Assembly (NCBI GenBank): GCA_963796275.1
Contig: CAWCKY010000002.1
Span: 160,001 to 224,000 of the forward strand
Direction of reading: 5' to 3'
Source of the DNA: an uncultured Acidobacteriota bacterium
Lineage (GTDB): Bacteria > Acidobacteriota > Blastocatellia > RBC074
DNA length: 64,000 bases
The notes below the pieces were generated by a model, which worked only from the letters and a program-made list of their open reading frames with translations, had not been told where the DNA came from and ran no database searches. Shown here piece by piece: positions 40,434-53,227 of the stretch. Made by a program: the position numbers and the translations under genes. Numbering within the stretch: the first letter of the stretch is position 1; each line of letters opens with the position of its first letter.

Positions 40434-41708
40434 CTATCTCCACGGACACCGACGCTCGTGAATGTGCCGCTCAAAATCATCTTTGAAATACTGCAGAGCG
40501 CTCTGCAACGGCTCCACCGCACCGGGAGCGAGCGCGCAAAAAGTAAGACCGGGCCCGAGAAATCTGGCATGCCAGGCCAGTCTCTCAAGGTCATCCGGCT
40601 GCCCCTGGCCATTCTCGATAGCCTGGAGAATTCGCGCTGTCCACGGCAGACCTTCGCGGCATGGCGTGCACCAGCCGCAAGACTCCTGGGCGAAGAAGTG
40701 TTCGAGGTTATGCACCAGACCGACCGGGCAGGTTTGATCGTCGAGTACGATCATTGTTCCGGTGCCCATCCGGCTGCCCGCTCTCTGCACCGAGGCATAA
40801 TCCATCCTCACATCCAGATGCTCCTCAACCAGGAAGTCGGTCGAAGCTCCACCCGGGATCACGCCACGGAATTTAAGACCATCGCGCATTCCGCCGGCAT
40901 GCTCTTCCAATATCTCCCGGATGGTAGTGCCCACCGGCAGCTCCCAGGCACCGGGCCGTTTGACCTTGCCGCTGACGCCATAGATTTTCGTCCCGCCTTC
41001 GCCGGTCAGGCTCAAGCCTTTGAACCATTCAGCTCCCTGGTTGATGATGTGGGGCACATTACAGAGGGTTTCGACGTTATTCACGATCGTCGGCTTGCCC
41101 CAGAGTCCGCTGACTTGCGGGTAGGGAGGTTTGGACCGCGGCGTAGCGCGTTTCCCTTCCAGGGCATTGAGCAGGCCCGTCTCTTCACCGCACATATAGC
41201 GGCCGGCGCTGATGTGGAGATGCAGCTCAAGGCTATAGCCAGACCCCACAATGTTTTTGCCCAGGTAGTTGCCCTCGTAAGCCTCGGCCAGTGCCTTTCG
41301 TAACCGTTTCGCCGCCAGCGTGTATTCCCCGCGCAAGAAGATATAAGCAACATCGGCCTGGATGGCATAGGAGCTGACGATCATGCCTTCGATCAGGTGG
41401 TGCGGATCGCCTTCGAGGAACAATCGGTCTTTGAATGTGCCCGGCTCCATCTCGTCAGCATTGGCAATTAGGTACTTGGGATGCGGAGCATCCGGGCCCA
41501 TTGGCACGAAGCTCCATTTTGTACCGGTCGGGAAACCGGCGCCGCCGCGACCCAGCAGATTGGATTGCTTAACCAGCTCCACCACTTCTTGTGGCCCCAT
41601 GCTTTGCAGAGATTTGCGCACCGCCTGATAGCCGCCTGCCTGTTCGTATTCTTTCAGATTCGGCGGCTCTCGATCGGGCCGGATGTTCCTGGTGAGCGGT
41701 CTTTCCAT
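40434..41708 (-). CDS. nuoF: NADH-quinone oxidoreductase subunit F
   Basis: GRGGAGFPTG, NADEMEPGTFKD, GRYMCGEET and ESCGWCTPCR motifs. Confidence 0.95.
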   Translation of the reverse strand: MERPLTRNIRPDREPPNLKEYEQAGGYQAVRKSLQSMGPQEVVELVKQSNLLGRGGAGFPTGTKWSFVPMGPDAPHPKYLIANADEMEPGTFKDRLFLEGDPHHLIEGMIVSSYAIQADVAYIFLRGEYTLAAKRLRKALAEAYEGNYLGKNIVGSGYSLELHLHISAGRYMCGEETGLLNALEGKRATPRSKPPYPQVSGLWGKPTIVNNVETLCNVPHIINQGAEWFKGLSLTGEGGTKIYGVSGKVKRPGAWELPVGTTIREILEEHAGGMRDGLKFRGVIPGGASTDFLVEEHLDVRMDYASVQRAGSRMGTGTMIVLDDQTCPVGLVHNLEHFFAQESCGWCTPCREGLPWTARILQAIENGQGQPDDLERLAWHARFLGPGLTFCALAPGAVEPLQSALQYFKDDFERHIHERRCPWR

Positions 41709-42187
41709 TAGATTTCTACCTTTGCTTCTATCGATTCGATGATCTGGCCGATCTTATGAATATCCAGATCCTGGTAAAGCTCGTCATCTATCATAAGTGC
41801 TGGGGCATGATCACAAGCTCCAAGGCATGGAATGGGTAACATCGTAAACTCCCCATCCGGACTGGTCTCGCCCAGCTTGATCCTCAGGCGGGCCGTCAGA
41901 TTCTCGCGGATCCGGTCGTACCCCATGATCCAGCAACTGACGCTATCGCAAATGAGGATTACATGCTTCCCGACGGGTTTGCGGAAGATCAAGTTGTAAA
42001 AAGTCGCGACGCTATCTAACTCATCAGGCGTCATCTCCAGAAACCCGGCCAGATCCCTGATGCCCTCATCGGAGACCCAGCCCCGGTGACGCTGGATAAT
42101 CTTCAGCGCATCAATGCACACGGCTCGCTTCTGAGCATAGTGTTGAAACTCAGCCTCGATCTCCCGTCTCTCCTCTTCAGTGAGCAT
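41708..42187 (-). CDS. nuoE: NADH-quinone oxidoreductase subunit E
   Basis: VATFY, CDSVSC and CLGACDHAP motifs. Confidence 0.95.
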   Translation of the reverse strand: MLTEEERREIEAEFQHYAQKRAVCIDALKIIQRHRGWVSDEGIRDLAGFLEMTPDELDSVATFYNLIFRKPVGKHVILICDSVSCWIMGYDRIRENLTARLRIKLGETSPDGEFTMLPIPCLGACDHAPALMIDDELYQDLDIHKIGQIIESIEAKVEI

Positions 42188-42215
42188 ATTTCTACCTATT
42201 TCTCTCCCTTACGCT

Positions 42216-43964
42216 TCAGCGATCCACATCGGCCAGAACAAAATCTATGCTGCCCAGGATCGCGAGCAGATCGGGCACCATCAGACCGCGACTGATCAGC
42301 GGAACCATTTGCATGTGCGGAAATGAAGGCGCGCGGATGCGGACGCGATAGGCCATCGTGCCGCCGTCGCTTATCAGGTAGTAACTGTTGGTACCCTTGG
42401 TCGCTTCAATTGTGACTTCGGCCTCGCCCGGCGGTATCACCGGCCCCCAACTGACGCTCAGGAAATGGGTGATGAGGGTCTCGATGTCATACATAGTGCG
42501 CTCTTTGAGCGGCGGAGTCGTTAAGGGATGGTCTGATTTGTACAGGCCGGACGGCAGATGATTCATGCATTGCTCGACGATTCTCAGGCTCTGGCGCATC
42601 TCTTCAACGCGCACGACGGACCGGTCATAGCAATCACCATGCTGGGCAGTGGGAATGTCGAACTCGAATTGATCGTAGCCGGAATAAGGCCGTCTCTTGC
42701 GGAAATCCCACTCTAGCCCACAGGCGCGCAAGCCAGGCCCTGTCACGCCCCATTCGATGGCCTCGTCCAGGCTGTAGGCTCCGATGCCTATGGTGCGCGC
42801 CCTGAAAATACGGTTCTGCATCACCAGTTTGTCATACTCTGCTAGCCTGCGATTCATGTAAGGGATGAAGTCTCGCACCAGCTTGTCCCATCCTTCAGGC
42901 AGGTCTTGCGCCACTCCCCCTATGCGGAACCAGCTCGGGTGCATGCGGCCGCCGCAAATAGCTTCGACAATGTCGAAGATCCGCTCGCGGTCGGTGAACA
43001 TATAAAACACCGGCGAGAGCGCTCCGACATCCTGAGCGAATGTGCCGTACCAGACCAGATGGCTGGCGAGTCGAAAGAATTCCGCCATCATGACGCGAAT
43101 CACCTTCACTCGGTCGGGCACCTCGATCCCAGCCAGTTTCTCGATCGATAAGACGTAGGCGAGGTTATTCATCACCCCGCCGAGGTAATCGACCCGATCG
43201 GTATAAGGAAGGTAGGTATGCCATGACTGCCGTTCGCCCATCTTTTCGGCTCCCCGGTGATGGAAGCCGATCTCCGGCACGGCATCGACGATCTGTTCGC
43301 CGTCGAGTTGCAGCACGATGCGCAGCACGCCATGGGTTCCGGGATGTTGTGGCCCCAGATTGAGGAACATGAAATCGGCATCTTCACTGCTTCGTTTCAG
43401 TCCCCATTCTTCTGGGTGGAATCGCAGCGCTTCTTGTTCAGCTTCCTGCTTCTCCTCGGATAGGCGGAAAGGCTCCATCTCAGTGGCGCGTGCGGGATGC
43501 TCTTTACGGAGAGGATGGCCTATCCATGTGGGTGGCATTAGGATCCTACGGAGATGAGGATGGCCGGTGAAGGTGATGCCGAACATGTCCCAGACCTCGC
43601 GCTCATACCAATTCGCCGCAGGCCAGAGGTCGGTAACCGTCGGCAACGAGGGGTACTCACCTGCGAGCGGTACTTTGAGCCGGATGTCCTGGTTCCGTTC
43701 GAAGGAGAGGAGATGGTAAACGACTGTAAAATCGCTCGGCGGTCGGCTTTCGCGATGGCCCCGGAATCGCTCGTCAATGGCTGTGAGGTCATAGAGCATG
43801 AGATAAGGTCTGACTGCCTCAGTTTTGAGGTACCGTAGTATTTCATGCGCTTTGTCCTGAGCCACCCACAAGGTAGGGATGTCATCGCGCGTGGATTGCG
43901 GCACGAAAGCTATATCAGCAAAGACTTGCCCCAATTCCTCGAAGATTGTCGATGAACTATTCAT
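42216..43964 (-). CDS. nuoCD: Fused NADH-quinone oxidoreductase subunit C/D
   Basis: [11 protein letters not shown] (C) and [14 protein letters not shown] (D) occur in one ORF ending DVDR. Confidence 0.95.
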   Translation of the reverse strand: MNSSSTIFEELGQVFADIAFVPQSTRDDIPTLWVAQDKAHEILRYLKTEAVRPYLMLYDLTAIDERFRGHRESRPPSDFTVVYHLLSFERNQDIRLKVPLAGEYPSLPTVTDLWPAANWYEREVWDMFGITFTGHPHLRRILMPPTWIGHPLRKEHPARATEMEPFRLSEEKQEAEQEALRFHPEEWGLKRSSEDADFMFLNLGPQHPGTHGVLRIVLQLDGEQIVDAVPEIGFHHRGAEKMGERQSWHTYLPYTDRVDYLGGVMNNLAYVLSIEKLAGIEVPDRVKVIRVMMAEFFRLASHLVWYGTFAQDVGALSPVFYMFTDRERIFDIVEAICGGRMHPSWFRIGGVAQDLPEGWDKLVRDFIPYMNRRLAEYDKLVMQNRIFRARTIGIGAYSLDEAIEWGVTGPGLRACGLEWDFRKRRPYSGYDQFEFDIPTAQHGDCYDRSVVRVEEMRQSLRIVEQCMNHLPSGLYKSDHPLTTPPLKERTMYDIETLITHFLSVSWGPVIPPGEAEVTIEATKGTNSYYLISDGGTMAYRVRIRAPSFPHMQMVPLISRGLMVPDLLAILGSIDFVLADVDR

Positions 43965-44599
43965 ACCTCATTGGGGGAGCGTAAAATTGTGATCTGCTGC
44001 CTCTCTGCACGTTTCATATCCTTCATAGAGGGAGGCGTTGGTCGCACCACGCCCTGCGGGCCAATCACCCAACTGAGCGGACGTTGTTCTTTCCCCACTG
44101 CCTGTTGAAGCAGTGTTAAGCCTTCCATAAAAGTGCTTGGGCTCGGCGGACAACCCGGCACGTAGAGGTCTACTGGAAGAAACTTATCCACACCCTGAAC
44201 AACGCTGTAGATATCATACATCCCGCCGGAATTGGCGCATGACCCCATGGATATCACCCAGCGCGGTTCCATCATCTGCTCATGAAGTCGTTTGATGATC
44301 GGCGCCATCTTTATGAACACGGTGCCGGCAATTACCATCAGGTCGGCTTCGCGCGGCGTACCGCGAATCACCTCAGCTCCAAAACGCGCGATGTCGTACT
44401 TGCTCGTGATGCTCGTTGCCATCTCGACAAAACAGCACGAGAGGCCAAAATTAAACGGCCAGATGGAGTTCTTTCGCCCCCACGCCAGAAGGTCTTGCAA
44501 CCGTGCGAGCATGAGGTTGCGCCGCACTGCGCTCTCGAAAGAACCGTCACCATCGGCAGATGGTAGGGGGGCAGTCGTTTTACTCAACTTCCATTGCAT
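43961..44599 (-). CDS. nuoB: NADH-quinone oxidoreductase subunit B
   Basis: [19 protein letters not shown] and VPGCPP motifs. Confidence 0.95.
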   Translation of the reverse strand: MQWKLSKTTAPLPSADGDGSFESAVRRNLMLARLQDLLAWGRKNSIWPFNFGLSCCFVEMATSITSKYDIARFGAEVIRGTPREADLMVIAGTVFIKMAPIIKRLHEQMMEPRWVISMGSCANSGGMYDIYSVVQGVDKFLPVDLYVPGCPPSPSTFMEGLTLLQQAVGKEQRPLSWVIGPQGVVRPTPPSMKDMKRAERQQITILRSPNEV

Positions 44600-44673
44600 A
44601 CTTTTGAATGTCACAGGGGGGTGCGAGAGGGATATGTCTCATCTCGCACCTTTGGACTTCGATCAATCCCCGC

Positions 44674-45066
44674 CTATGTTCTCCTCCTCCTACTTCCCCA
44701 GTCGAGCGCGCCTATCCGCCATTCGTAAATCAGGGCGGCGACCAGCACGCCGATGAAAATCAAGGCTCCCACGTAACCTGTCCAGCCCAGTTCGCGGAAA
44801 GCTACCGCCCAAGCGAAGATGAATACAGCTTCCAGATCGAAGATCAGAAAGAGAATCGCGATCAAATAAAATTTGGCAGAAAACCGTAGCCGGGCGGAAC
44901 CGGTTGAGACGATCCCCGACTCATAAGGCTCGCCCGTCGCTCTCTCCCGATGACGCTGACCCAGAAGGTATGACAGCGCCAGCATCCCGGCGACCATCAC
45001 AATCACAGCCACGAAGTAGACCGCGAGAGGCCAAAGAGTAATAGTCTCTGTTGCGGGAGAGTTCAA
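44674..45066 (-). CDS. nuoA: NADH-quinone oxidoreductase subunit A
   Basis: PYESG and FYLIAILFLIFDLEA motifs; TTG start. Confidence 0.92.
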   Translation of the reverse strand: MNSPATETITLWPLAVYFVAVIVMVAGMLALSYLLGQRHRERATGEPYESGIVSTGSARLRFSAKFYLIAILFLIFDLEAVFIFAWAVAFRELGWTGYVGALIFIGVLVAALIYEWRIGALDWGSRRRRT

Positions 45067-45204
45067 ATTAATACCCTCTTGATCAGGTCATCGGTTTTGC
45101 CGGAGCGGGCTATCAAATGGGAGGATGAATAGTGAACGCACGATCAAATAACGTGTAATTCAGATAACCACAGGAGATTGCACAAGCTATTTACCGTACG
45201 ATTA

Positions 45205-45259
45205 ACTCTAACAGGAAAGAGCTAAGGAAGTCATAAATGAGCCATCAAGATTCCATAAG
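45205..45259 (-). promoter_or_regulatory. nuo promoter with 11-bp-periodic OmpR/KdpE-type boxes and extended -10
   Basis: Minus strand reads cttatggaatc-ttgatggctca-tttatgacttc, then 16 nt ending TGt, then TAGAGT. Confidence 0.7.
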
Positions 45260-45312
45260 GGAGCTGGAAAAGACTGTTAGCACGGAAGTTGAATGAAGAA
45301 ACTAATAGACTT

Positions 45313-45378
45313 TTTACGCTGCCTTTATGGAATCTTGATGGTTTATTTATGACTTCCTTAACCTGTCACTGATAAAGT
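45313..45378 (+). promoter_or_regulatory. Kinase/regulator promoter with the same boxes
   Basis: tttacgctgcc-tttatggaatc-ttgatggttta-tttatgacttc, then 16 nt ending TGa, then TAAAGT. Confidence 0.7.
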
Positions 45379-45526
45379 TAAGCGTTATCATAAATCTTAC
45401 TTGAGCACCGGCTAATTGACCTGTCGAGAGCTACGCTGACAGACTGTTAAAAGAGCGACGTAAAACTATAATCAGACAAACATTCATCAAGTTCATCAAT
45501 CAGTTATCTCTTCTATCTCTTCGCTT

Positions 45527-46603
45527 ATGTTACAAGTGATGCGATCTAAGCTGTTGCGCTATGGTGTTGCGGTACTGCTCGTAACGCTCGCGTTGCTATT
45601 GGCGGTGCTGGTTAGATCGTGGCTTGAGCAGAGCGTTTTCCTTCTATTTTTTGGGGCAGTAATGATGAGCGCCTGGTATGGCGGACTGGGGCCAGGGTTG
45701 CTGGCTACACTTCTGTCCGTGGGCATGATCGAATCCTACCTGCTTTCTCCAGCCCGGGGCCAGGCCATTCCGCGGTTGATCATCTTTGTGTTCATGGCTG
45801 TCCTGGTAAGCTCGCTCAATGAGGCGCGCAAACGGTCCGAAGAGAGGCAGCGCTCCCTGACCGAAGCTCTCAAACAAAGTAACGAACTGAAAAGCGCATT
45901 GCTTGCCTCCGTCTCTCACGACTTGCGAACGCCGCTCACTTCTATTCGCGCAGCGATTGACAGCCTGATGAATGAGGAATTCAACTGGGATAAGGCCACG
46001 CTTCGGGAACTCCATCTGATCATCAGCGAAGAAATTCATCGGTTGACGAAGCTGGTCGAGAATCTGTTGGAGATGGCCCGGATCGAATCGGGCGAGTTGC
46101 ACTTCTCACCGCAATGGGGATCGGTTGTTGAGATTTGCGACAATGCACTTGAGCAATGCGCCGTCGAGCTTCGCCATCACATGGTGCATGTGGATTGCCC
46201 CGAGAATCTTCCCGGAGTTAAAGTTGATTCGCGGCTGATAGCGGAAGCGCTGACCCACGTGGTCGAGAACGCTGCCAGATATTCGCCGCGTGGCAGCGAG
46301 ATACTCGTGCGCGGAAGACTCGACGGCAATCAACTGTTGATAAGCGTCGCGGATCAAGGACCAGGATTTGCGCCGGAAGACATAGATCGCATCTTTGATA
46401 ATTTGTACCGCAGCTCGCATCCGAACATTCATAGCAGCCACGGCACAGGCATGGGGCTTGCCATCGCGCGCGGGATGATCGAGGTACACGGCGGTAAAAT
46501 CCGGGTTGAGAGCGAGTCCGGTCGGGGGGCTACTTTCATCTTCGAGTTGCCGGTCGAGTATAGCGGGACGTCAGAATCCAAAGTTGCAAAGGAGACGCTG
46601 TAA
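45527..46603 (+). CDS. Short KdpD-like sensor histidine kinase (DUF4118-HisKA-HATPase)
   Basis: About 4 TM helices, SVSHDLRTPLTSI, NAARYSP and GTGMGLAI. It lacks the KdpD N-terminal, Usp and GAF domains. Confidence 0.9.
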   Translation: MLQVMRSKLLRYGVAVLLVTLALLLAVLVRSWLEQSVFLLFFGAVMMSAWYGGLGPGLLATLLSVGMIESYLLSPARGQAIPRLIIFVFMAVLVSSLNEARKRSEERQRSLTEALKQSNELKSALLASVSHDLRTPLTSIRAAIDSLMNEEFNWDKATLRELHLIISEEIHRLTKLVENLLEMARIESGELHFSPQWGSVVEICDNALEQCAVELRHHMVHVDCPENLPGVKVDSRLIAEALTHVVENAARYSPRGSEILVRGRLDGNQLLISVADQGPGFAPEDIDRIFDNLYRSSHPNIHSSHGTGMGLAIARGMIEVHGGKIRVESESGRGATFIFELPVEYSGTSESKVAKETL

Positions 46604-47292
46604 TGAAGAATCCGGTCATCCTCATAGTAGACGATGAATTACAAATCCTGCGCGTAATGCGGGCGAGCCTTCCAGCGCGCGGTTATGAAGTGCGGACGGC
46701 GCCCGGCGGCGAGGAGGCTCTCGACGAAATTAGCAAGGAAATGCCTGATCTGATCATTCTCGATCTGGTCATGCCCGGGATGTCGGGGCTGGAAGTTTGT
46801 CGTCGAGTACGCGAATTCTCTTCAGTACCGATCATCGTCCTTTCAGCGAAAGAGGCGGAAAGCGACAAAGTGGCGGCGCTCGAAATGGGCGCTGACGATT
46901 ACGTGACCAAGCCTTTTGGCTTAGATGAATTGTTCGCGCGCATGCACGCGGTACTCCGGCGCATCTCCGCTGCCGAAGCTCATTCTTCGGTGCTCACCGC
47001 TGGCGACTTGACGATTGAGACTGACGAGCGGCGGGTGACGGTAGCCGGGCGGGAAGTGAAATTGACGCCAAAAGAGTTCGAGGTGCTCAAGTACCTGGTG
47101 AGCAACGCCGGCAAGGTGGTCACCCATCGTGCGCTGCTGCAAGCTGTCTGGGGCTCCGAAGCCACGGAACAGACCGATTACCTGCGCGTCTTCGTCAACC
47201 AGCTGCGCGGTAAAATCGAGCCTGTTCCGCGACACCCCCAGTACATCTTAACTGAACCGTGGGTCGGTTATCGTTTTACCCCCAATGGATAA
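46603..47292 (+). CDS. kdpE: KdpE-like OmpR-family response regulator
   Basis: VDDE, DLIILDL, GADDYVTKPF, GKVVTHR.LL..VWG, YLRVFVNQLR.KIE and ILTEPWVGYRF motifs. Confidence 0.85.
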   Translation: MKNPVILIVDDELQILRVMRASLPARGYEVRTAPGGEEALDEISKEMPDLIILDLVMPGMSGLEVCRRVREFSSVPIIVLSAKEAESDKVAALEMGADDYVTKPFGLDELFARMHAVLRRISAAEAHSSVLTAGDLTIETDERRVTVAGREVKLTPKEFEVLKYLVSNAGKVVTHRALLQAVWGSEATEQTDYLRVFVNQLRGKIEPVPRHPQYILTEPWVGYRFTPNG

Positions 47293-47302
47293 AGATATGT
47301 AG

Positions 47303-47340
47303 TAAAGAAGTCATAAACAAACCATGAAAAACCTATTAAG
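47303..47340 (-). promoter_or_regulatory. Orphan copy of the 11-bp boxes facing the 3' end of the regulator
   Basis: Minus strand reads ttaataggttt-ttcatggtttg-tttatgacttc-ttta, with no good -10 at the 16-nt distance. Confidence 0.55.
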
Positions 47341-47934
47341 GCACTAGATATTATCCCTGAATACATTCATCGATGCCTCCTGGTGCGGCCGAATATCTAC
47401 TCACTGCTGGACGATTCCTGGGATGGACGAATGGGAAGTCATTAGCGTCGTTGAAATGAATAGGAAGAGGAGCAGGTGGTTGATGCGGGCGCCTCATAAC
47501 AGGGTAGACACATTACCATTATCAACTCGTCCTCCTCCAGTAATACTTGTTGGCCAGTGGGTGTATAGAATAGGTAAGGATGGCGTGCCTGTGAACACCC
47601 GGATAGAACGGATAGCATCGGCGTTTACACTCGCCTTTTGCAGCGCGCGATTTCAACACGGTTGCTGACTACAATACTCACGCTGAGGTTGAACGACAGA
47701 GAGCTTACCGGCTTCGGTCTCTAGACATTCCCCGGACTTTTTGCGCCGCATCGAGTTGCGCTGATGAGAGCAAATTCGCCGAGCAAAATCCGAACGTTAG
47801 ATATTTACGACTAAAGGATTCCTTCACTTGGGCCACACATCTTGATCTATTATATAAAACATACTCTCCTTCCCATGGATTTCGCGTGCTTCGCGTTCTC
47901 GTACTTTCTACTTCAGTCCCGCGCTAACAACCTC

Positions 47935-48000
47935 TTTACGGTTTCCTGATGATCTCTTAACGGCTTGTTTATGACTTCTTTATCTCTTTCCTGCTAGATT
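47935..48000 (+). promoter_or_regulatory. act-cox promoter with the same boxes
   Basis: tttacggtttc-ctgatgatctc-ttaacggcttg-tttatgacttc, then 16 nt ending TGc, then TAGATT. Confidence 0.72.
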
Positions 48001-48087
48001 CGAATTTCCAATGAACATCACCAGCTCCTTCGAGATATTAAAGAAGCTCGAACGCCGTGGACAGACAGAAGTGAAAGAGGCGGTGAT

Positions 48088-48747
48088 ATGCCTCAGATTT
48101 TTCATCGCAGCACCAATACGATTTCGAGGGTGAGTATTTTCGGCAGCGTATTCATTTTGTCTTTTCTGATCTGGACGCTTTACCAATTGCAAAGCTCATC
48201 CTACAACACGCGTGCATTTGTCGCACGCGAGCAGCCAGTGCAGTTCAGTCATAAGCATCACGCGGGCGATGACGGAATAGACTGTCGGTATTGCCATACG
48301 ACAGTCGAGACCTCCGCTTTCGCCGGAATTCCACCGGTCAAGACTTGCATGAACTGCCACTCGCAGCTATTCGCCGACAGTGACTATCTGGCGCTGGTGC
48401 GCGATAGCTTCAAAAGCGGCAAGCCTATCAGGTGGACGCGCGTCCACGATCTTCCCGACTTTGCCTACTTCAACCACAGCATTCACGTCAACAAAGGCAT
48501 AGGCTGCTCGACCTGTCACGGGCGCGTGGACCAGATGCCGCTGACGTGGCAAGTGGCTTCGCTTCAGATGGAGTGGTGTCTTCAGTGCCATCGCAACCCC
48601 GCGGCATATGTCAGGCCTCGCGATCAGGTCTTCAATATGGAATGGCAATCGCCGCGCAATCAAATCGAAGAAGGAAAGAGGCTGGTCGAGCAGTACCACA
48701 TACAAAGTCCGAATGTGATTACGAATTGTTCAACCTGCCATCGCTGA
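48088..48747 (+). CDS. actA: Alternative complex III pentaheme cytochrome c subunit
   Basis: MPQIF N-terminal TM, QPVQFSHKHH and five CxxCH motifs. Confidence 0.92.
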   Translation: MPQIFHRSTNTISRVSIFGSVFILSFLIWTLYQLQSSSYNTRAFVAREQPVQFSHKHHAGDDGIDCRYCHTTVETSAFAGIPPVKTCMNCHSQLFADSDYLALVRDSFKSGKPIRWTRVHDLPDFAYFNHSIHVNKGIGCSTCHGRVDQMPLTWQVASLQMEWCLQCHRNPAAYVRPRDQVFNMEWQSPRNQIEEGKRLVEQYHIQSPNVITNCSTCHR

Positions 48748-48763
48748 CAGTGAGGGCAAGCCG

Positions 48764-51700
48764 ATGTCTACAAAACACAATCAGCTCGATCTCGCTGCGA
48801 TTCGCGAGCGGCTCGGCACCGCGCGAGGAAAAGAATACTGGCGCAGCTTAGAAGAGTTGGCGGATATCGAGGAGTTCAGAGAGTTGCTGCACCGCGAATT
48901 TCCGCGACAGGCGTCGGAATGGCAGGATGGGGTTGGCCGCCGCAGATTTTTACAGTTGATGAGCGCATCGCTAGCTCTGGCCGGACTCACGGCCTGTACG
49001 CGCCAGCCGACCGAGCAGATAGTGCCTTACGTACATCCTCCGGAAGCAATCGTGCCCGGCAGACCACTCTTTTTCGCCACGGCAATGCCTATGGGCGGAA
49101 TTGCCGAAGGATTGCTCGTCGAAAGTCACGAAGGAAGGCCAACCAAAATAGAAGGCAATCCCGATCATCCGTCGAGTCTGGGCGCTACGAGCGTCTTCGC
49201 TCAAGCATCGGTGCTGACGCTTTACGATCCCGATCGTGCGCAAACAATAACCTATCTCGGCGACATTCGCCCGTGGGGCGCATTCCTGGGTGAAGTGCAG
49301 TCTGCGCTGGAGACGCAACGTGCGGGTAATCAAACGGGGGGCGCAGGGCTGCGCATTCTGACTGAAACCATCTCGTCGCCAACACTTGCCAATCAGATCA
49401 AAACTCTGTTCACTGAATTTCCTGCCGCGAAGTGGATTCAATACGAGCCGGTCAATCGGGACAACGCTCGAACTGGTGCAGCAATGGTGTTCGGGGAAGA
49501 CGTCAATCCGATCTATCACTTCGACATGGCCAATGTGATTCTCTCGCTCGACGCCGATTTTCTCTCCTGTGGGCCCGGCAATCTGCGTTACGTGCGCGAG
49601 TTTGTGGCGAAGAGAAGAGTGGAGGAGGGGCGCAGCGAGATGAGTCGGCTCTATGTGGTCGAAAGCACGCTCACCAATACCGGGGCAGCGGCTGATCATC
49701 GCCTGCCACTCGTCCCAGGTGATATTGAAAACTTCGCGCGCGCTGTCACAGTGGGGCTTGGCGTTCGGGGAGTCGGGGCAGAGATGATGCCCTCTTACTC
49801 GAAATGGGTTGCGGCGCTCGCGCGCGATCTCGGTCGACATCGTGGCCGCAGCCTGGTCATTGCCGGCGACAGTCAACCGCCCATCGTTCATGCACTGGCG
49901 CACATGATGAATCACGCGCTGGGCAATATTGGTAATACCGTCATCTTCACTTCTCCCGTCGAGGCTGAATCAATTGATCAGACCACACGCCTACGCGAGC
50001 TGGTGCAGGAAATGGAAGACGGTCAGATCGATACGCTCGTTATCGTTGGGGGCAATCCCGTTTATAACGCGCCCGCCGACCTGAAATTCGCCGAGCGCAT
50101 GAACAAAGTCCGGCTGCGAATCCATCTGGGTCTCTATCACGACGAGACCTCGGACCTCTGTCACTGGCATATTCCCGAAGCGCATTACCTGGAATCCTGG
50201 AGCGATGCGCGCGCTTTCGACGGCACAGTCAGCATCATCCAGCCGCTGATCGCGCCGCTTTATCAAGGCAAATCAGCGCACGAACTGCTCGAGGCTTTCA
50301 GCAATCAGCCGGAAAAATCGGGCTACGAGATCGTCCGCGATTACTGGGAGAGCCAACACCGAGCAGGCGATTTCGATCAGTTCTGGCGCGCGGCGCTTCG
50401 CCATGGGTTTATTGAAAATTCCGCGCTGCCACCTAAGCCGGTGACCTTGAAGTCGCCGGAATCGCAATTGCAGGCGGGCAGTAAGCCTGCGCCCCCGGGT
50501 TTGGAGATTATCTTCCGACCTGATCCATACATTCACGACGGACGCTTTGCAAATAACGGATGGCTGCAGGAACTGCCGAGGCCGATCACCAAACTGACAT
50601 GGGACAATGCGGCGCTCATCAGCCCCGCGACCGCGCAGCGTCTCGGTCTGACCTATGAAATCAGCTCGCGCGGAGGGGAGCACGGCCAGGTCTTCGCCGA
50701 TGTAGTTGAGATGCAATACGAGGGACGCTCGGTGCGCATGCCAATCTGGATTATGCCCGGCCACGCCGATGATTGCGTGACTGTGTATCTGGGCTTTGGC
50801 CGCACGCGAGCTGGGAACACGGGTACGGGCGCGGGATTCAATGCTTATGCAATTCGCACGTCCGATGCGCCATGGTTCGACTCCGGCCTCAATCTGCGCA
50901 AAACGGGCGAACAGTACGCATTAGCCACGACACAGTTACATCATAATATGGAAGGGCGTGAATTGGTGCGCTCAGCAACAATTGATGAATATCGCAAGGA
51001 TCCGTACTTCGCGCACGGGAAAGAGCCGGCGCCTTCGAAAGACCACACACTGTATCAGAACTTCGCGTATCCGGGCTATGCCTGGGGGATGACGATCGAT
51101 TTGAATGCCTGTGTTGGATGCAACGCCTGCGTGGCGGCCTGCCAGGCCGAAAACAACATTCCCATCGTCGGCAAGACCGAGGTGATGCACGGGCGAGAGA
51201 TGCACTGGCTGCGCATTGACCGTTACCACCAGGGCAGTCCCGAAAATCCGCGAACCTTCTTTCAGCCGGTTCCCTGCATGCATTGTGAAAATGCCCCGTG
51301 TGAAGAAGTGTGCCCCGTCGGCGCGACGCTGCACAGTTCAGAAGGCTTGAACGACATGGTCTATAACCGGTGCGTCGGCACGCGATACTGCTCGAATAAC
51401 TGCCCGTACAAAGTGCGCCGCTTCAACTTTCTGCTCTTCCAGGATTGGAACACACCAAGTTTGAAACTGCTACGCAACCCCGATGTCTCTGTGCGCAGCC
51501 GCGGTGTGATGGAGAAATGCACCTACTGCGTACAGCGTATCAATGCTGCCAGGATTCAGGCGGAGAAGGAGGAACGCCCCATCCGCGACGGCGAGATCGT
51601 CACGGCCTGTCAGGGTGCGTGCCCGGCTGAAGCCATCACTTTCGGCGATATCAACGATAAGAACAGTCGCGTCGCGAAGCTCAAAGGAGAGCCGCGCAAT

Positions 51701-51790
51701 TACGAGCTGCTCGCCGAACTCAATACGAGGCCGCGCACGACTTATCTCGCTTCGGTGCGCAATCCGAACCCTGAGCTCGAGGAGATTTGA
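48764..51790 (+). CDS. actB: Alternative complex III ActB (molybdopterin-oxidoreductase-like plus Fe-S domain, Tat-variant signal)
   Basis: [14 protein letters not shown]...[17 protein letters not shown] and a C-terminal DmsB-like Cys cluster domain. Confidence 0.92.
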   Translation: MSTKHNQLDLAAIRERLGTARGKEYWRSLEELADIEEFRELLHREFPRQASEWQDGVGRRRFLQLMSASLALAGLTACTRQPTEQIVPYVHPPEAIVPGRPLFFATAMPMGGIAEGLLVESHEGRPTKIEGNPDHPSSLGATSVFAQASVLTLYDPDRAQTITYLGDIRPWGAFLGEVQSALETQRAGNQTGGAGLRILTETISSPTLANQIKTLFTEFPAAKWIQYEPVNRDNARTGAAMVFGEDVNPIYHFDMANVILSLDADFLSCGPGNLRYVREFVAKRRVEEGRSEMSRLYVVESTLTNTGAAADHRLPLVPGDIENFARAVTVGLGVRGVGAEMMPSYSKWVAALARDLGRHRGRSLVIAGDSQPPIVHALAHMMNHALGNIGNTVIFTSPVEAESIDQTTRLRELVQEMEDGQIDTLVIVGGNPVYNAPADLKFAERMNKVRLRIHLGLYHDETSDLCHWHIPEAHYLESWSDARAFDGTVSIIQPLIAPLYQGKSAHELLEAFSNQPEKSGYEIVRDYWESQHRAGDFDQFWRAALRHGFIENSALPPKPVTLKSPESQLQAGSKPAPPGLEIIFRPDPYIHDGRFANNGWLQELPRPITKLTWDNAALISPATAQRLGLTYEISSRGGEHGQVFADVVEMQYEGRSVRMPIWIMPGHADDCVTVYLGFGRTRAGNTGTGAGFNAYAIRTSDAPWFDSGLNLRKTGEQYALATTQLHHNMEGRELVRSATIDEYRKDPYFAHGKEPAPSKDHTLYQNFAYPGYAWGMTIDLNACVGCNACVAACQAENNIPIVGKTEVMHGREMHWLRIDRYHQGSPENPRTFFQPVPCMHCENAPCEEVCPVGATLHSSEGLNDMVYNRCVGTRYCSNNCPYKVRRFNFLLFQDWNTPSLKLLRNPDVSVRSRGVMEKCTYCVQRINAARIQAEKEERPIRDGEIVTACQGACPAEAITFGDINDKNSRVAKLKGEPRNYELLAELNTRPRTTYLASVRNPNPELEEI

Positions 51791-51795
51791 ACTGG

Positions 51796-53227
<1,432 letters not shown>

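Noticed and set aside
45527-46603. Naming the kinase kdpD and inferring a potassium pump locus
   Set aside because: It lacks the KdpD N-terminal, Usp and GAF domains, and no kdpFABC is in the window.
47423-47800. 81-aa ORF and a CTGATGA hammerhead-like core in the regulator-act spacer
   Set aside because: The ORF has no recognisable features, and the core lacks stem II and GAAA.
36247-49915. Long opposite-strand ORFs (36247-37218, 40368-41303, 48971-49915)
   Set aside because: They are antisense shadows of nuo and act genes, as expected in GC-rich coding DNA.
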